A stretch of DNA of 63,933 nucleotides, filler included, from Nanobdellota archaeon (lineage in GTDB: Archaea; Nanobdellota; Nanobdellia; Woesearchaeales; CAZZGN01), in assembly GCA_051819665.1 (NCBI GenBank). It is 12 parts of 12 records of this genome, joined end to end, with 100 filler letters (N's around TTAATTAATTAA, not from the genome) between each part and the next. Parts side by side here need not be neighbours in the genome. Positions count along the whole stretch, not along the records: positions 37,935 to 42,444 come from JBNJDG010000055.1; positions 42,545 to 47,009 come from JBNJDG010000056.1; positions 47,110 to 51,452 come from JBNJDG010000057.1; 9 more parts are not named here. One strand, given 5' to 3'. A program made the position numbers and the translations under genes. Shown one piece after another: positions 38,447-48,014 of this stretch. How positions within the stretch are numbered: the first letter of the stretch is position 1; each line of letters begins with the position of its first letter. A model generated the notes under the pieces. It did no database searches and was not told the DNA's origin. It saw only the letters and a list, made by a program, of their open reading frames with translations.

Positions 38447-39613
38447 ATGTACAGGGCAAATATATGGAAGTTTTATGTACTCAAGGTTCTCTCATCTCTA
38501 GAGCTAACCATATCCATTTTTGTCCTTTTTATGCTTTCTAATGGCCTCAATATGACACAGGTCATGGTTCTCGAGACCATCTATGTGGTTGTGATGATCC
38601 TTCTTGAGGTACCAAGCGGATCTTTTGCGGATGTATTCGGCAGGAGGCTCTCGGTATCATTATCTATCCTGTTCGGTGCAGTAGCGTTCCTTATCTTCGG
38701 ACTGGGAAGCTCTTTCATAGTCTATCTGATAGCCCAGCTTATGCTCGGTATTTCGGTAGCGTTAGAGTCAGGAGCAGACAAGGCCCTTCTCTATGATTCT
38801 TTGAGGCATGAGGGCATGACCGGGAGATATTCCAGGATACAGGGAAGGGCAAATTCTATCGCTCTCATCACATGGGGTACGACTGCGCTGGTAAGTGGTC
38901 TGCTGGCAACTTTTTTCGGTTACAGGTTATTGTTCTACCTTACAGCAATTATATTCTTCCTGGCTTTCATCTTTTCATATACTCTGAAAGAGCCGCCTGT
39001 TCATGAGCATGTGTCTTCCGGCAATTATCTTAGACTTCTCCGTAAGGGCCTTTCTTTCACATACAGGCACAGGATAGTGAGGGACCTCATCATCTATTAT
39101 GGTCTCTTCGCAGCTCTGGGTCACTTGACCTGGTTCCTTATCCAGCCCTATTATAAGGGATCAGGACTACCCGAGTATATAATAGGTGTTGCGACTTTTG
39201 TATATTTCATGACCGCTTCCATGGGAAATTTCTTTGCAGAGCCGTTCCTGAAGATCAGGAAACTTTATATCTATCTGATCGTCATAGCTTCTCTTGGCTT
39301 TATTGGCATTTATTTCACAGGCCCTATAATAGCTTTCGTGATGATCGGGTTGATGTCTTTCACTTGCGGGGTGAGGGATGTTTTCGTTGCAGTGGGCATC
39401 AATGAGCATACATCTTCGGTTGTAAGATCAACGGTGCTTTCGGTCCAGAACCTCGCCAAGAGCCTCATGTACGGACTTTTCGCACCATTGATAGGTTACC
39501 TGACGGACATATTCACTCCCGCAGCAGCATTCCTCATGATGGGGATTGTGCTTTCTGTCTTTGCAGTGGTCTTTATCTTGTCTCAAGCCCGAGGGTCTGC
39601 GGATCTGACATGA
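38447..39613 (+). CDS. MFS transporter
   Basis: EVPSG.FAD.FGRR, SGADKALLYDSL; ~12 TM. Confidence 0.92.
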   Translation: MYRANIWKFYVLKVLSSLELTISIFVLFMLSNGLNMTQVMVLETIYVVVMILLEVPSGSFADVFGRRLSVSLSILFGAVAFLIFGLGSSFIVYLIAQLMLGISVALESGADKALLYDSLRHEGMTGRYSRIQGRANSIALITWGTTALVSGLLATFFGYRLLFYLTAIIFFLAFIFSYTLKEPPVHEHVSSGNYLRLLRKGLSFTYRHRIVRDLIIYYGLFAALGHLTWFLIQPYYKGSGLPEYIIGVATFVYFMTASMGNFFAEPFLKIRKLYIYLIVIASLGFIGIYFTGPIIAFVMIGLMSFTCGVRDVFVAVGINEHTSSVVRSTVLSVQNLAKSLMYGLFAPLIGYLTDIFTPAAAFLMMGIVLSVFAVVFILSQARGSADLT

Positions 39614-40031
39614 AAGATTCCCTCTTCACCTCGTCGATGATATAGTAGATCTCTTTCTTCACACCGAACCTTTCTTCCAGATATTCTGTGAATTCCTCGA
39701 GCTCTTTCATATCCTTGAATATACATTCTATCCAGAAATCATAGCCGTTGTTTATCCTGAATATGTTGTTTATGTTCGGATGTTTACTGAGGTAATCCCC
39801 TAGCTCTCTCTTCTTGTTCTTCCTCACCTTAAGGCTTATTGATGCTCTCGTATTGAAGCCAAGTTTCGAGAAATCCACAAGCACAGTGTGTTTCTTTATC
39901 ATCCTGTGCTTGTCGTTCTTTATCTTATCGTATATTGTAGATATTGGTATGTTGGATTTCCTGCTCATATTGGTCAGGCTCTCCCTTGCGTTCCTCCTCA
40001 ACATTGACATAATCAAAAGGTCTTTTTTCAT
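39573..40031 (-). CDS. Lrp/AsnC transcriptional regulator
   Basis: LRRNARESLT.MSR...IP.STIYD HTH; DFSKLG; RAM-like C-terminus. Confidence 0.9.
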   Translation of the reverse strand: MKKDLLIMSMLRRNARESLTNMSRKSNIPISTIYDKIKNDKHRMIKKHTVLVDFSKLGFNTRASISLKVRKNKKRELGDYLSKHPNINNIFRINNGYDFWIECIFKDMKELEEFTEYLEERFGVKKEIYYIIDEVKRESFMSDPQTLGLETR

Positions 40032-40080
40032 GTTTATCACCATCTATCATATGGGTTTTTGTTTTTAAAATGAATTTTTG

Positions 40081-40175
40081 CGGATTCCCTGAAGATATTC
40101 TGGAGAATCCGTTATCTATTTGGCATTTATCGGAAATATATTGTTGATAAGGAAGTTTCTACAGAAAAGTTTCCG
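40081..40175. promoter_or_regulatory. palindromic operator-like sites upstream of the Lrp gene
   Basis: CGGATTC..CTGAAGATATTCTG..GAATCCG (40081-40111) and CAGAAAAGTTTCCG (40162-40175). Confidence 0.45.
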
Positions 40176-40234
40176 GATTTCTTGTCATAATTTTGCCGAT
40201 AATTATAAATACCAAAGATGGGAATACAATCCTG

Positions 40235-41002
40235 ATGGATATAGCGATCATAGTTTCGGAAAAGGATAAAGCGGGCATGAACATAAAGGAATATCTTGGG
40301 GGTCTTGATAATCTTTATACTATAAAAGAGGATCCTGTCGGGTATGATCCTAAGGAGCATGATGAGGAATTGATAATCTTTGCGACAAAACATGCCAGCA
40401 GGAACGGCAGGCCGGCTTTCTCATGCCATGTCTCAGGCAACTGGGGAAGTGCGGATCTCGGCGGTAAGGAAGGTTCTTTCTCTCTGGCGCCGGCTCTGCT
40501 CCTGAAGGAAACTATGTCTAAGCTCAAGAGGTATTCTGATGAGAGAGAGATCTTCCAGGAGGTGACCCATCATGGCCCTTCTACGGAGAAGCTTTCGATG
40601 TTCATCGAGATAGGCTCTTCAGAGGAAGAATGGATTAAGGATGAGAATGGCAGAAAAATAGCTTCTGTGATAAAGGAGCTTCTGGAGATGCTTGAGCCCT
40701 TTGAGGATTATTCCGGCTTCGCCCGTTGGTACAGGCAGGAGCATCCAGATATTAAGACTGCTCTCGGTATAGGCGGTCTTCATCATATGCCTTCTTTTGA
40801 CCGTGAGAATCTTGCTGTAGGCCATTGCTGTGCTAAATATGATCTCTTCGATCTTACTGAAGAGACTCTTGAAAGAGCTATGAAAGCGAGCAAAGAGGAT
40901 ATCGACATAATAGCTGTTGACTGGAAGGGTCTTGGTAAAGAAAAACAGAGGATAAAAGAAATCCTGGAAAATAAAAACTGGGAGAAGACGAAGAAACTAT
41001 AG
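40235..41002 (+). CDS. dtdA: D-aminoacyl-tRNA deacylase (archaeal DtdA)
   Basis: FATKH.S, H..GNW, EVTHHGP, FIEIGS....W, GGLH. Confidence 0.92.
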   Translation: MDIAIIVSEKDKAGMNIKEYLGGLDNLYTIKEDPVGYDPKEHDEELIIFATKHASRNGRPAFSCHVSGNWGSADLGGKEGSFSLAPALLLKETMSKLKRYSDEREIFQEVTHHGPSTEKLSMFIEIGSSEEEWIKDENGRKIASVIKELLEMLEPFEDYSGFARWYRQEHPDIKTALGIGGLHHMPSFDRENLAVGHCCAKYDLFDLTEETLERAMKASKEDIDIIAVDWKGLGKEKQRIKEILENKNWEKTKKL

Positions 41003-41473
41003 CTTCTCGTCGTATTCTCCTTTCTTCACTTTATCGATTATATCGTGGGCTATTTCTCCATCGATTGTGATTCCTACCGACTGGCATGAACCGAGGATCT
41101 CTTTCACTTTCTCTTTCTTGTCCTTGCCGAGGAGATTATCTGATTTCATGTTGGTTATCTTCAATATCTGATCGAATTCAAGATTTCCCACTTTCTCTGT
41201 AAGAGGATTCTGAGCGCCTTTCTGGACTCCTGCTTCCTGCTTGATGAGTGCGGAAGCTGGTGGAGTACCTATAGTGATCTCATAATCCTTGCTCTCAGTA
41301 TCCACAGTGACTGTTACCGGCACCTGCATGCCCTTGAAATCCTGTGTTTTCTTGTTTATGTCTGAGACTACATTGCCTATATTAACGCCCATCGGACCAA
41401 GAGCAGGTCCAAGCGGAGGTGCTGCTGTAGCTTTCCCTCCTTCAATCTGTGCTTCAACTTTCTCTTTTGCCAT
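40997..41473 (-). CDS. rpl11: 50S ribosomal protein L11
   Basis: GGKATAAPPLGPALGP.G. Confidence 0.97.
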   Translation of the reverse strand: MAKEKVEAQIEGGKATAAPPLGPALGPMGVNIGNVVSDINKKTQDFKGMQVPVTVTVDTESKDYEITIGTPPASALIKQEAGVQKGAQNPLTEKVGNLEFDQILKITNMKSDNLLGKDKKEKVKEILGSCQSVGITIDGEIAHDIIDKVKKGEYDEKL

Positions 41474-41634
41474 TTTATTCTCTCCCGCATAATGCCTTTT
41501 CCGGTATATGCGTTGGATACCTGTCTTCCATCAGCCATGAAGAAGCGGCTGATCTACTCGACAAGCGACCAGTACAGCGGGGGTTATGAGCTTCATTTAT
41601 AAAGGTTTTGGGTCTGATCGTCAAGGATTATTCT

Positions 41635-42234
41635 CTAAGCCATATCTTTCCTTATCCTCTCCACCAGCTCAGGGAATTCTTCTATATCGAAATGCCCGTT
41701 CCTGCTCCCGAACTTAATTATCTCTGCGTTTATCTTTTCCCTGTATTTCTCCGCATGCTCAACAGGCACGACATCATCATCCTTCGAGAACATTAATGTT
41801 ATGTTACTGCAGTTCTTCTCAATCAACTTAAGATCCTCTTTCAGTTCGAAACCGCCGGCAAGGTCCTCACCCTTTATCGTGTCATCGAAGGGAGGAGCTA
41901 TGAGATAGACAGAGAGGATCCTCTTCGGGAAGATGTTCTCAGAGAGGTATTTTGCTAAGAAGATCCCGCCTAATGATGTGCCTATGAGTATTATATTATC
42001 CTCAAGGTAGGGCAAATGCCTCTCAAAATGTATCTTCCAATCTTCATACTTTGCATCCTCCTTGAGGGGCATCCTTGGCTTGATTATCTTACAGTCACTT
42101 AATTCTTCCTTTATGTAATCATCACTCCATCTTTTCTTATCTTCTATAGAAATATCCCTTGTCTTTAGGAAATTGATGTAATCTTCCTTCTTCCTGAAGG
42201 TTGTCCCGCCATGGATCATCATTATCTGTTGCAT
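41635..42234 (-). CDS. RBBP9/YdeN-like alpha/beta hydrolase
   Basis: IHGG, GTSLGG, SKDD.VVP, GHF. Confidence 0.88.
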   Translation of the reverse strand: MQQIMMIHGGTTFRKKEDYINFLKTRDISIEDKKRWSDDYIKEELSDCKIIKPRMPLKEDAKYEDWKIHFERHLPYLEDNIILIGTSLGGIFLAKYLSENIFPKRILSVYLIAPPFDDTIKGEDLAGGFELKEDLKLIEKNCSNITLMFSKDDDVVPVEHAEKYREKINAEIIKFGSRNGHFDIEEFPELVERIRKDMA

Positions 42235-42362
42235 GATGCCTTATGTATCCTCTCTCATTTAAACATTTTATGGTTCTCCTGACTGTTCACAGCAGAGGTC
42301 AAAGAGAAGGGGTAATTTTATATATAGAAATATCATATCTAACTGAAGGGGTTTACTACAAG

Positions 42363-42444
42363 ATGAGATATCAGAGGATAACAGTTGCGGGCTTGCTTGT
42401 GAATGATGGCAAAGTCCTTGTTGTAAGGAGATCGGAGAATGAGA
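42363..42444 (+). CDS. NUDIX hydrolase, N-terminal fragment
   Basis: ITVAGLLVNDGKVLVVRRS then contig end. Confidence 0.65.
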
Positions 42445-42544
42445 NNNNNNNNNNNNNNNNNNNNNNNNNNNNNNNNNNNNNNNNNNNNTTAATTAATTAA
42501 NNNNNNNNNNNNNNNNNNNNNNNNNNNNNNNNNNNNNNNNNNNN
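42445..42544. other. assembly linker
   Basis: N-run with TTAATTAATTAA. Confidence 0.99.
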
Positions 42545-42874
42545 AGATTCCTGCCGGTCAAGAAGACCAACGACCTGCTCGCGATAAGATCCGACCGCTA
42601 CCTTCTGGACAAGGATTACAGGGTCATCCGGAATCCCGAGTGTGAGACAGAGAGCATATTCATTGACCTCGACAAGAACTATTACAAGCTGGTTGAACAG
42701 ATGGAATCAAGGTTCGAGGAAATACCCTCGATGCTATCCTGCAGCCGTTTCGAAGTGGAGGGGGATGTCAAGTTCGGTAGTAAGATCAGCCTGAAAGGAG
42801 AAGTCAGAGTGAAGAACGAAGGAGAACAGAAAAAGCTCGAGAACACTACTCTCGAAGGCGTAAAAGAGCTCTGA
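42545..42874 (+). CDS. UTP--glucose-1-phosphate uridylyltransferase (UDPGP/eukaryote-type), C-terminal part; absent from ORF track
   Basis: RFLPVKKTNDLLAIRSD...YYK....RF..IPSM...VEGDV.FG....L.G.V. Confidence 0.85.
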   Translation, partial: RFLPVKKTNDLLAIRSDRYLLDKDYRVIRNPECETESIFIDLDKNYYKLVEQMESRFEEIPSMLSCSRFEVEGDVKFGSKISLKGEVRVKNEGEQKKLENTTLEGVKEL

Positions 42875-42875
42875 G

Positions 42876-44540
42876 ATGAGAATAATACACGATTTCCGCG
42901 GACAGAGTGAAAAGAACTCAGAAAATCCCCAGTTCCTCATGAAGAACAAAAAAGGGGAATTCTGCTTATTCTCTTCCCAATACAATATCTCTAAATACAA
43001 CGGGTATTATTTCAGGGAAGATAACGAGATGTACAGGTCAGTGGAGGATATAAGGCCTGATGAAGAGAGGACAGTGATTAGGGATAAACACCAGGAAATC
43101 TTCTCGTTCGACAATGAGAGCTTCTCGTTCAATGAACATCTCCGTTACAGCAGCGGAGGATGGGCAAGGCTCATAATGGACTCAAGGAAGATCTTCGACT
43201 TTGATACTGAAGGAAGGTTCTTCGACATAATCGAGAAAGATGATCTCCTACTCATAAGGTACAGGAAAGAAGGAGATTACTATGTCTGGACAGCCATCTC
43301 GGGCATAGAAGAGTACGAAGAGACAGGCAGATGGATAAGGAGAGAGTACAGCTTCGACCGGAAGAGAGAGGATGACAAAGAATGGTATGTATACGACTGC
43401 CTCCGTTTTAAGGGGAAAGTAAGGATAGCCTCGGCCCTGTCGGAAAGCAGAGCGAGAGAGAAGCTAAATAAGAAAAAAGGAAAAGGGAAGATAACCAAAC
43501 CTAATGAGAAGATAAAGGACAAGGATGTAAGGATAGCTTATGATGAATCAAAGAAAGCCCTGGAGAGATTCATAGTCAATATAGATGGCAGGGAAGGCAT
43601 TTATGCAGGACTGCCCTGGTTCTTCCAGTTCTGGACGAGGGACATGGCTATCTCTGCAGGCGCTCTGATCGAGACAGGTAACAAAGAGAAGGTCAGAAGC
43701 TTGCTAAAAGAGCTTGAATTACTGCCTGACGGAAGACTGCCCAACCGCTACCCCGATTCAGAGCTGGGAAGTGCAGACAGCCCGGGTTGGTTCTTCAGGA
43801 GGGCCAGTCAAGCCGGCATGGATATAGAGAAGAAGCTCCTTAAATCCATAGAAAGGATAGAAAACAACTATATGAAAGACGGGCTGGTATACAACAAAGC
43901 CAAGGAGACATGGATGGACACTACAGCAGGCAATGACACCAGAGAGGGTTTCAGGATAGAGATCCAGGCCATGATGCTGATGATGTACAGCCTCGCAAAG
44001 GGATACAGTAAAAGATTCTCAGAGAAGGAGAAAGATATGAGAGAAAGGGTCAGGAAGGAATTTTTCAGAGAAGATTTTCTCTACGACGGCAGGGATGATT
44101 CCACTATAAGGCCGAATATATTCATAGCATATTACATGTACCCAAGATTATTGAGCAGGGAAGAATGGAAGAGAGTCTTCGACAAGAGCCTGGGTGCTTT
44201 ATGGCTCGAATGGGGAGGACTTTCAACTATAGAGAAAGGTTCTGAACTCTTCTCACCTGATCACACAGGCCAGGATAATAAGAGCTATCACAGGGGAGAC
44301 TCGTGGTTCTTCATCAACAACATGACGGCAAGATGCCTGGCTGAATTTGACAAGGACAGATATAAGCATTATATAAAAAAGATACTGAAGGCGAGCTCAA
44401 GGGACATCCTTCAGGAAGGCATAATCGGAGAACACAGCGAACTTAGCTCTGCATCAGGACAGAGAGCAGAAGGGAGCCTCGCCCAGGCATGGAGCTCCGC
44501 CATGTTCATAGAGCTCGTAAATTCCACGGAAAATATATGA
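42876..44540 (+). CDS. amylo-alpha-1,6-glucosidase (glycogen debranching)
   Basis: AGLPWF.QFW.RD, SAD, TWMD, RPN, YHRG, QAWS. Confidence 0.9.
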   Translation: MRIIHDFRGQSEKNSENPQFLMKNKKGEFCLFSSQYNISKYNGYYFREDNEMYRSVEDIRPDEERTVIRDKHQEIFSFDNESFSFNEHLRYSSGGWARLIMDSRKIFDFDTEGRFFDIIEKDDLLLIRYRKEGDYYVWTAISGIEEYEETGRWIRREYSFDRKREDDKEWYVYDCLRFKGKVRIASALSESRAREKLNKKKGKGKITKPNEKIKDKDVRIAYDESKKALERFIVNIDGREGIYAGLPWFFQFWTRDMAISAGALIETGNKEKVRSLLKELELLPDGRLPNRYPDSELGSADSPGWFFRRASQAGMDIEKKLLKSIERIENNYMKDGLVYNKAKETWMDTTAGNDTREGFRIEIQAMMLMMYSLAKGYSKRFSEKEKDMRERVRKEFFREDFLYDGRDDSTIRPNIFIAYYMYPRLLSREEWKRVFDKSLGALWLEWGGLSTIEKGSELFSPDHTGQDNKSYHRGDSWFFINNMTARCLAEFDKDRYKHYIKKILKASSRDILQEGIIGEHSELSSASGQRAEGSLAQAWSSAMFIELVNSTENI

Positions 44541-44570
44541 CAAAGTTTATAAAAAACAGGACCTGACAAG

Positions 44571-46316
44571 GTGATTACAATGGACAATACCGAAGAAATC
44601 AAGAAAGAACTTGAAAAATTCAAAGACAAGCTCGTCGAGAAGCTTGATAATTATGTCGCAGGTATCTCACTTCTCCCACCCCAGAAAGATGATCAGGGGA
44701 ACGAAATAAAGGATAAGATAAACGTCCTCATACTCATTGATGATACAGATTCGCTTATCAAACCTGAACAGCTGAAAGAGAAACTCGATAAGAAAGTGAA
44801 TGAGACGATCAAAGAGGTCAATGAGAACATAACCCCTCAAACAGTAATATACAGCGAGGTTTGGCAGTCATGCTACGACGGAAGGACCGAATTACTGCAG
44901 ATGATCTCCACAAGCGCACCAATCCATGATAATGGGATGTTGAGTGCTATCAAGATCTCAGAGATCCACAAGAACATGGTCCTGAAGAAATTCGAGAAAT
45001 ACATCGTCAGTTATGTCCTTGCCGGAAGCTTAGTGCAGGGTAAAGCCACTCCCGATTCTGATATAGATGTCTTCGTTGTCATAGACGACACAGACGTAAA
45101 GAAGATGACAAGGGCAGAGCTCAAGGACAAGCTAAGGTCTATAATCGTCGGCATGGGCGTTGAAGCAGGAGAGGCTACAGGTATCAGGAACAAGCTGAAC
45201 ATCCAGGTTTACATCCTGACTGATTTCTGGGACTCCATCAAGGAAGCCAACCCGGTAATATTCACTTTCCTCAGAGACGGCGTCCCATTCTACGACAGGG
45301 GCATCTTCATGCCATGGAAACAGCTCCTGCAGATGGGCAAGGTAAAACCGTCCAGCGAAGCAATCGACATGTACATGAGCTCCGGAGAACAGATGCTCCA
45401 GAGGATGGACATGAAACTCAAGGAGATGGGCATGGAAGATATGTTCTACGCGCTTCTTACACCATCACAGGCAGCTATAATGCTCAAGGGAATGCCTCCT
45501 CCTACACCGAAGGAAACTCCGAAGGTCATGAGAGATATCTTCGTGAAAAAACACAAGATGCTCGAGGCGAAGTATGTAGATACCCTTGACAGGGTCATCA
45601 AGCTCAGGAAAGACCTTGAGCACGGCACCAGGAAGAAGGTCACCGGTAAAGAGATAGACAAGCTTATCACTGACGGGGACAGTTTCCTGAAAAGGATCAA
45701 GAAGCTCTTCTCGGAGATCGAGAAAGAGAAAGACGAAGAAGGTGTCCTTCACATCTATGATAACGCCATCAATATGGCAAGAGATGTGCTGAGGTCGGAA
45801 AACTACGGTGAAGTGAAAGAGAACAAGGTTAAAGAGAAGTTCAGCCAGCTGGCCGAGGAAGGAAAAATACCTAAGAAATACCTCAGGCATCTCGAGAAAT
45901 TCATCAAGGCGAAAGAGGATTACGATAACGACAAGCTGACCAAAGCCGACCTTCACAATATAAACAAGAAATACAGCGAATTCAGCAAATACATGATGGA
46001 GTTCATACAGAGGAAGAGAGGCAGAGAGATAGAAAGAACGAAGATCAAGGTCAAGCATGGCAAGAAATACGGCGAGGTCATAATGCTCGATAAACAGGCC
46101 TTCATAATCCATGATGTGGATAATCAGGATAAGGAGATCTCGAAAGCGGATATAGACAAGAACGGCTCGCTGAAGAACATAACAAAGAGCAATATCGAAG
46201 AGCTCGAGAAGGCCCTTTCCTCAGTCGAGATCCCGTCGAAGGTCTTCCTTAAAGAGCCTGTCTTCGAGGACCTTAAAGGCATCTTCGGGAAGAATGTCGA
46301 GGTGCTTGTAAATTAA
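44571..46316 (+). CDS. nucleotidyltransferase (degenerate plus intact MNT domains) with HEPN-like domain
   Basis: GSLVQG...DSDIDVFVVIDD; later LRKDLEH (RxxxxH). Confidence 0.8.
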   Translation: MITMDNTEEIKKELEKFKDKLVEKLDNYVAGISLLPPQKDDQGNEIKDKINVLILIDDTDSLIKPEQLKEKLDKKVNETIKEVNENITPQTVIYSEVWQSCYDGRTELLQMISTSAPIHDNGMLSAIKISEIHKNMVLKKFEKYIVSYVLAGSLVQGKATPDSDIDVFVVIDDTDVKKMTRAELKDKLRSIIVGMGVEAGEATGIRNKLNIQVYILTDFWDSIKEANPVIFTFLRDGVPFYDRGIFMPWKQLLQMGKVKPSSEAIDMYMSSGEQMLQRMDMKLKEMGMEDMFYALLTPSQAAIMLKGMPPPTPKETPKVMRDIFVKKHKMLEAKYVDTLDRVIKLRKDLEHGTRKKVTGKEIDKLITDGDSFLKRIKKLFSEIEKEKDEEGVLHIYDNAINMARDVLRSENYGEVKENKVKEKFSQLAEEGKIPKKYLRHLEKFIKAKEDYDNDKLTKADLHNINKKYSEFSKYMMEFIQRKRGREIERTKIKVKHGKKYGEVIMLDKQAFIIHDVDNQDKEISKADIDKNGSLKNITKSNIEELEKALSSVEIPSKVFLKEPVFEDLKGIFGKNVEVLVN

Positions 46317-46485
46317 GAAGACGAAACTTGTTTCAATGATAAGCCTGGGCATTACCCTGGCTATATTTCTTTCATTCGCTTTTACCCTTATCAAGCCCCT
46401 GCATTTCTGGATAGGCATAATCATAATGGCACTCGTAACTTATAAGCTGATTCCCTATATAAGGAAGAGGGAAGAGAACAAATAA
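46312..46485 (+). CDS. small 2-TM membrane protein (ATT or downstream ATG start)
   Basis: IKKTKLVSMISLGITLAIFLSFAF...IPYIRKREENK. Confidence 0.55.
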   Translation: MKKTKLVSMISLGITLAIFLSFAFTLIKPLHFWIGIIIMALVTYKLIPYIRKREENK

Positions 46486-46530
46486 TAAGCCGGCTTAAAA
46501 TTTTTAAATCTATAGAGATCACCATTCTTT

Positions 46531-47009
46531 ATGAAAGACAAACAATCCTTAAAGAATACACTACACAGGATAGACGGTAAAGGATACAAGGCTTACAAGG
46601 ACATAAGGGATGTTTACGATTTCGGCCGATTCAGGCTTTTCATAGATTATGTTCAGGGCGACCCGTTCGCTTCACCAAGTAAGGCAATTGTATATATACC
46701 AAAGGAGATAGCCGGTTTCCCTGAAGACACTTACAAAAGCAGCTTCGGAAGAAGCAGGGAAATAGCTCTAAGGGACCTCCTCACCAGGAAATTCTCTGTA
46801 AATGCTAAAAGATTCTCAAAAGGCAACAGAGGAAGCGGCAAATCGGGAAGGATACAGATAGACACGCCGGGCCAGGAGATCCTGGAAAGGTCATCAGCCT
46901 TCATAAATGATAAGGAAGTGGAGGTAAGATTCAGCCTGAGCCTGCCTGCTTTCGGAAGGAAAGTGGCAGGAAAGCATGCGATAGAGATGTTCATGGAAGA
47001 GATCCCGAG
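46531..47009 (+). CDS. ABC-ATPase domain family protein, 3'-truncated
   Basis: IDGKGYKAYKD, DYVQGDPFASPS, GSGKSG, PGQEILER, LPA.GR. Confidence 0.85.
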
Positions 47010-47109
47010 NNNNNNNNNNNNNNNNNNNNNNNNNNNNNNNNNNNNNNNNNNNNTTAATTAATTAANNNNNNNNNNNNNNNNNNNNNNNNNNNNNNNNNNN
47101 NNNNNNNNN
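47010..47109. other. assembly linker
   Basis: N-run with TTAATTAATTAA. Confidence 0.99.
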
Positions 47110-47397
47110 GTCAGAGAAAAGGGCATATTCTCCTGTTGAGTTCTCGAGAGACATGTTGATTACGCTTATCTCTTCCGCCTGATTATTCCTTATGATAATC
47201 TTCTGGCTGCCTGAAGAACCGAGAGCACTGTCCATGATGCCTACTTTGCCTGTCTGCAGGCCTGCATCATCCGCCTTATCACCGCTACCTCCGCCGATGA
47301 GACTTACTGATGTGAACGTGTTGATCGTTATTAAAGCAATAATGATAACTACAGAAAGGATCACCATGTATTCTGTAGCAGTCTGAGCTCTTCCCAT
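47110..47397 (-). CDS. pilin-domain protein, 3'-truncated
   Basis: RAQ-TATEYMVIL, as in the 22160-23711 pilins. Confidence 0.85.
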
Positions 47398-47444
47398 CTT
47401 ATTTTTTATTCTGAAGAATATTTAAATAAATTTTGATTAGAAAC

Positions 47445-47552
47445 TCAACCGCATCCGTGACTCTCTGGAAGTATGCAGGCTGTACAGAGAGTCTTTCCGC
47501 AATAAGGGCATCTTGAGACCTCATCTATCTTCCCGCAGCTTTGGCATCTCAT
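47445..47552 (-). CDS. 35-aa AN1-like zinc-finger microprotein; absent from ORF track
   Basis: MRCQSCGKIDEVSRCPYCGKTLCTACILPESHGCG. Confidence 0.7.
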   Translation of the reverse strand: MRCQSCGKIDEVSRCPYCGKTLCTACILPESHGCG

Positions 47553-47591
47553 AGAATAAGTAAGTGTCTTATTGCTTTATAGGGTTTTCGG

Positions 47592-48014
47592 TCAATTCAT
47601 GATTTCTCTTAATCTTGTTATGAGTTCCTTGGATTTTTCAACAGCTCTCTTTGCCATAGCATAATCCATCATCTTACCATAATATACCAATGAGTTTCTC
47701 TTATACCTAAGATCATCAAAATCCTTGTAAAGGGATACATCCCCTATAACATCTCTCAGATAATAACCAAGACATAGATGATTCCTAATCTTGTAACCAT
47801 TTCCAATAAGAAGGGCATGCAATAACTCAATTATTGAAGAATAGTACCCTTCAAAGATATAATTGATTGAATCTTTTTCATAAGGATACTTTCCTAGAAA
47901 ATCTATCCTTCCCTGACTTGTCTCAATAAGAGATTTTGCTTTTGAATAATCAGAGGATATATTAACTGCGGAACCATACAGGATACAATCTTTCCAATCA
48001 TTCTCTTTCATCAA
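47592..48014 (-). CDS. HEPN-like protein (toxin partner)
   Basis: YYS..EL.HALL..GYK..NH.C, FDDLRYKRN..VYYG. Confidence 0.75.
   Translation of the reverse strand: MMKENDWKDCILYGSAVNISSDYSKAKSLIETSQGRIDFLGKYPYEKDSINYIFEGYYSSIIELLHALLIGNGYKIRNHLCLGYYLRDVIGDVSLYKDFDDLRYKRNSLVYYGKMMDYAMAKRAVEKSKELITRLREIMN

Noticed and set aside
41474..41590. 5S rRNA, SRP RNA or a known riboswitch
   Set aside because: Diagnostic motifs of 5S, SRP helix 8, TPP, FMN and fluoride RNAs could not be matched
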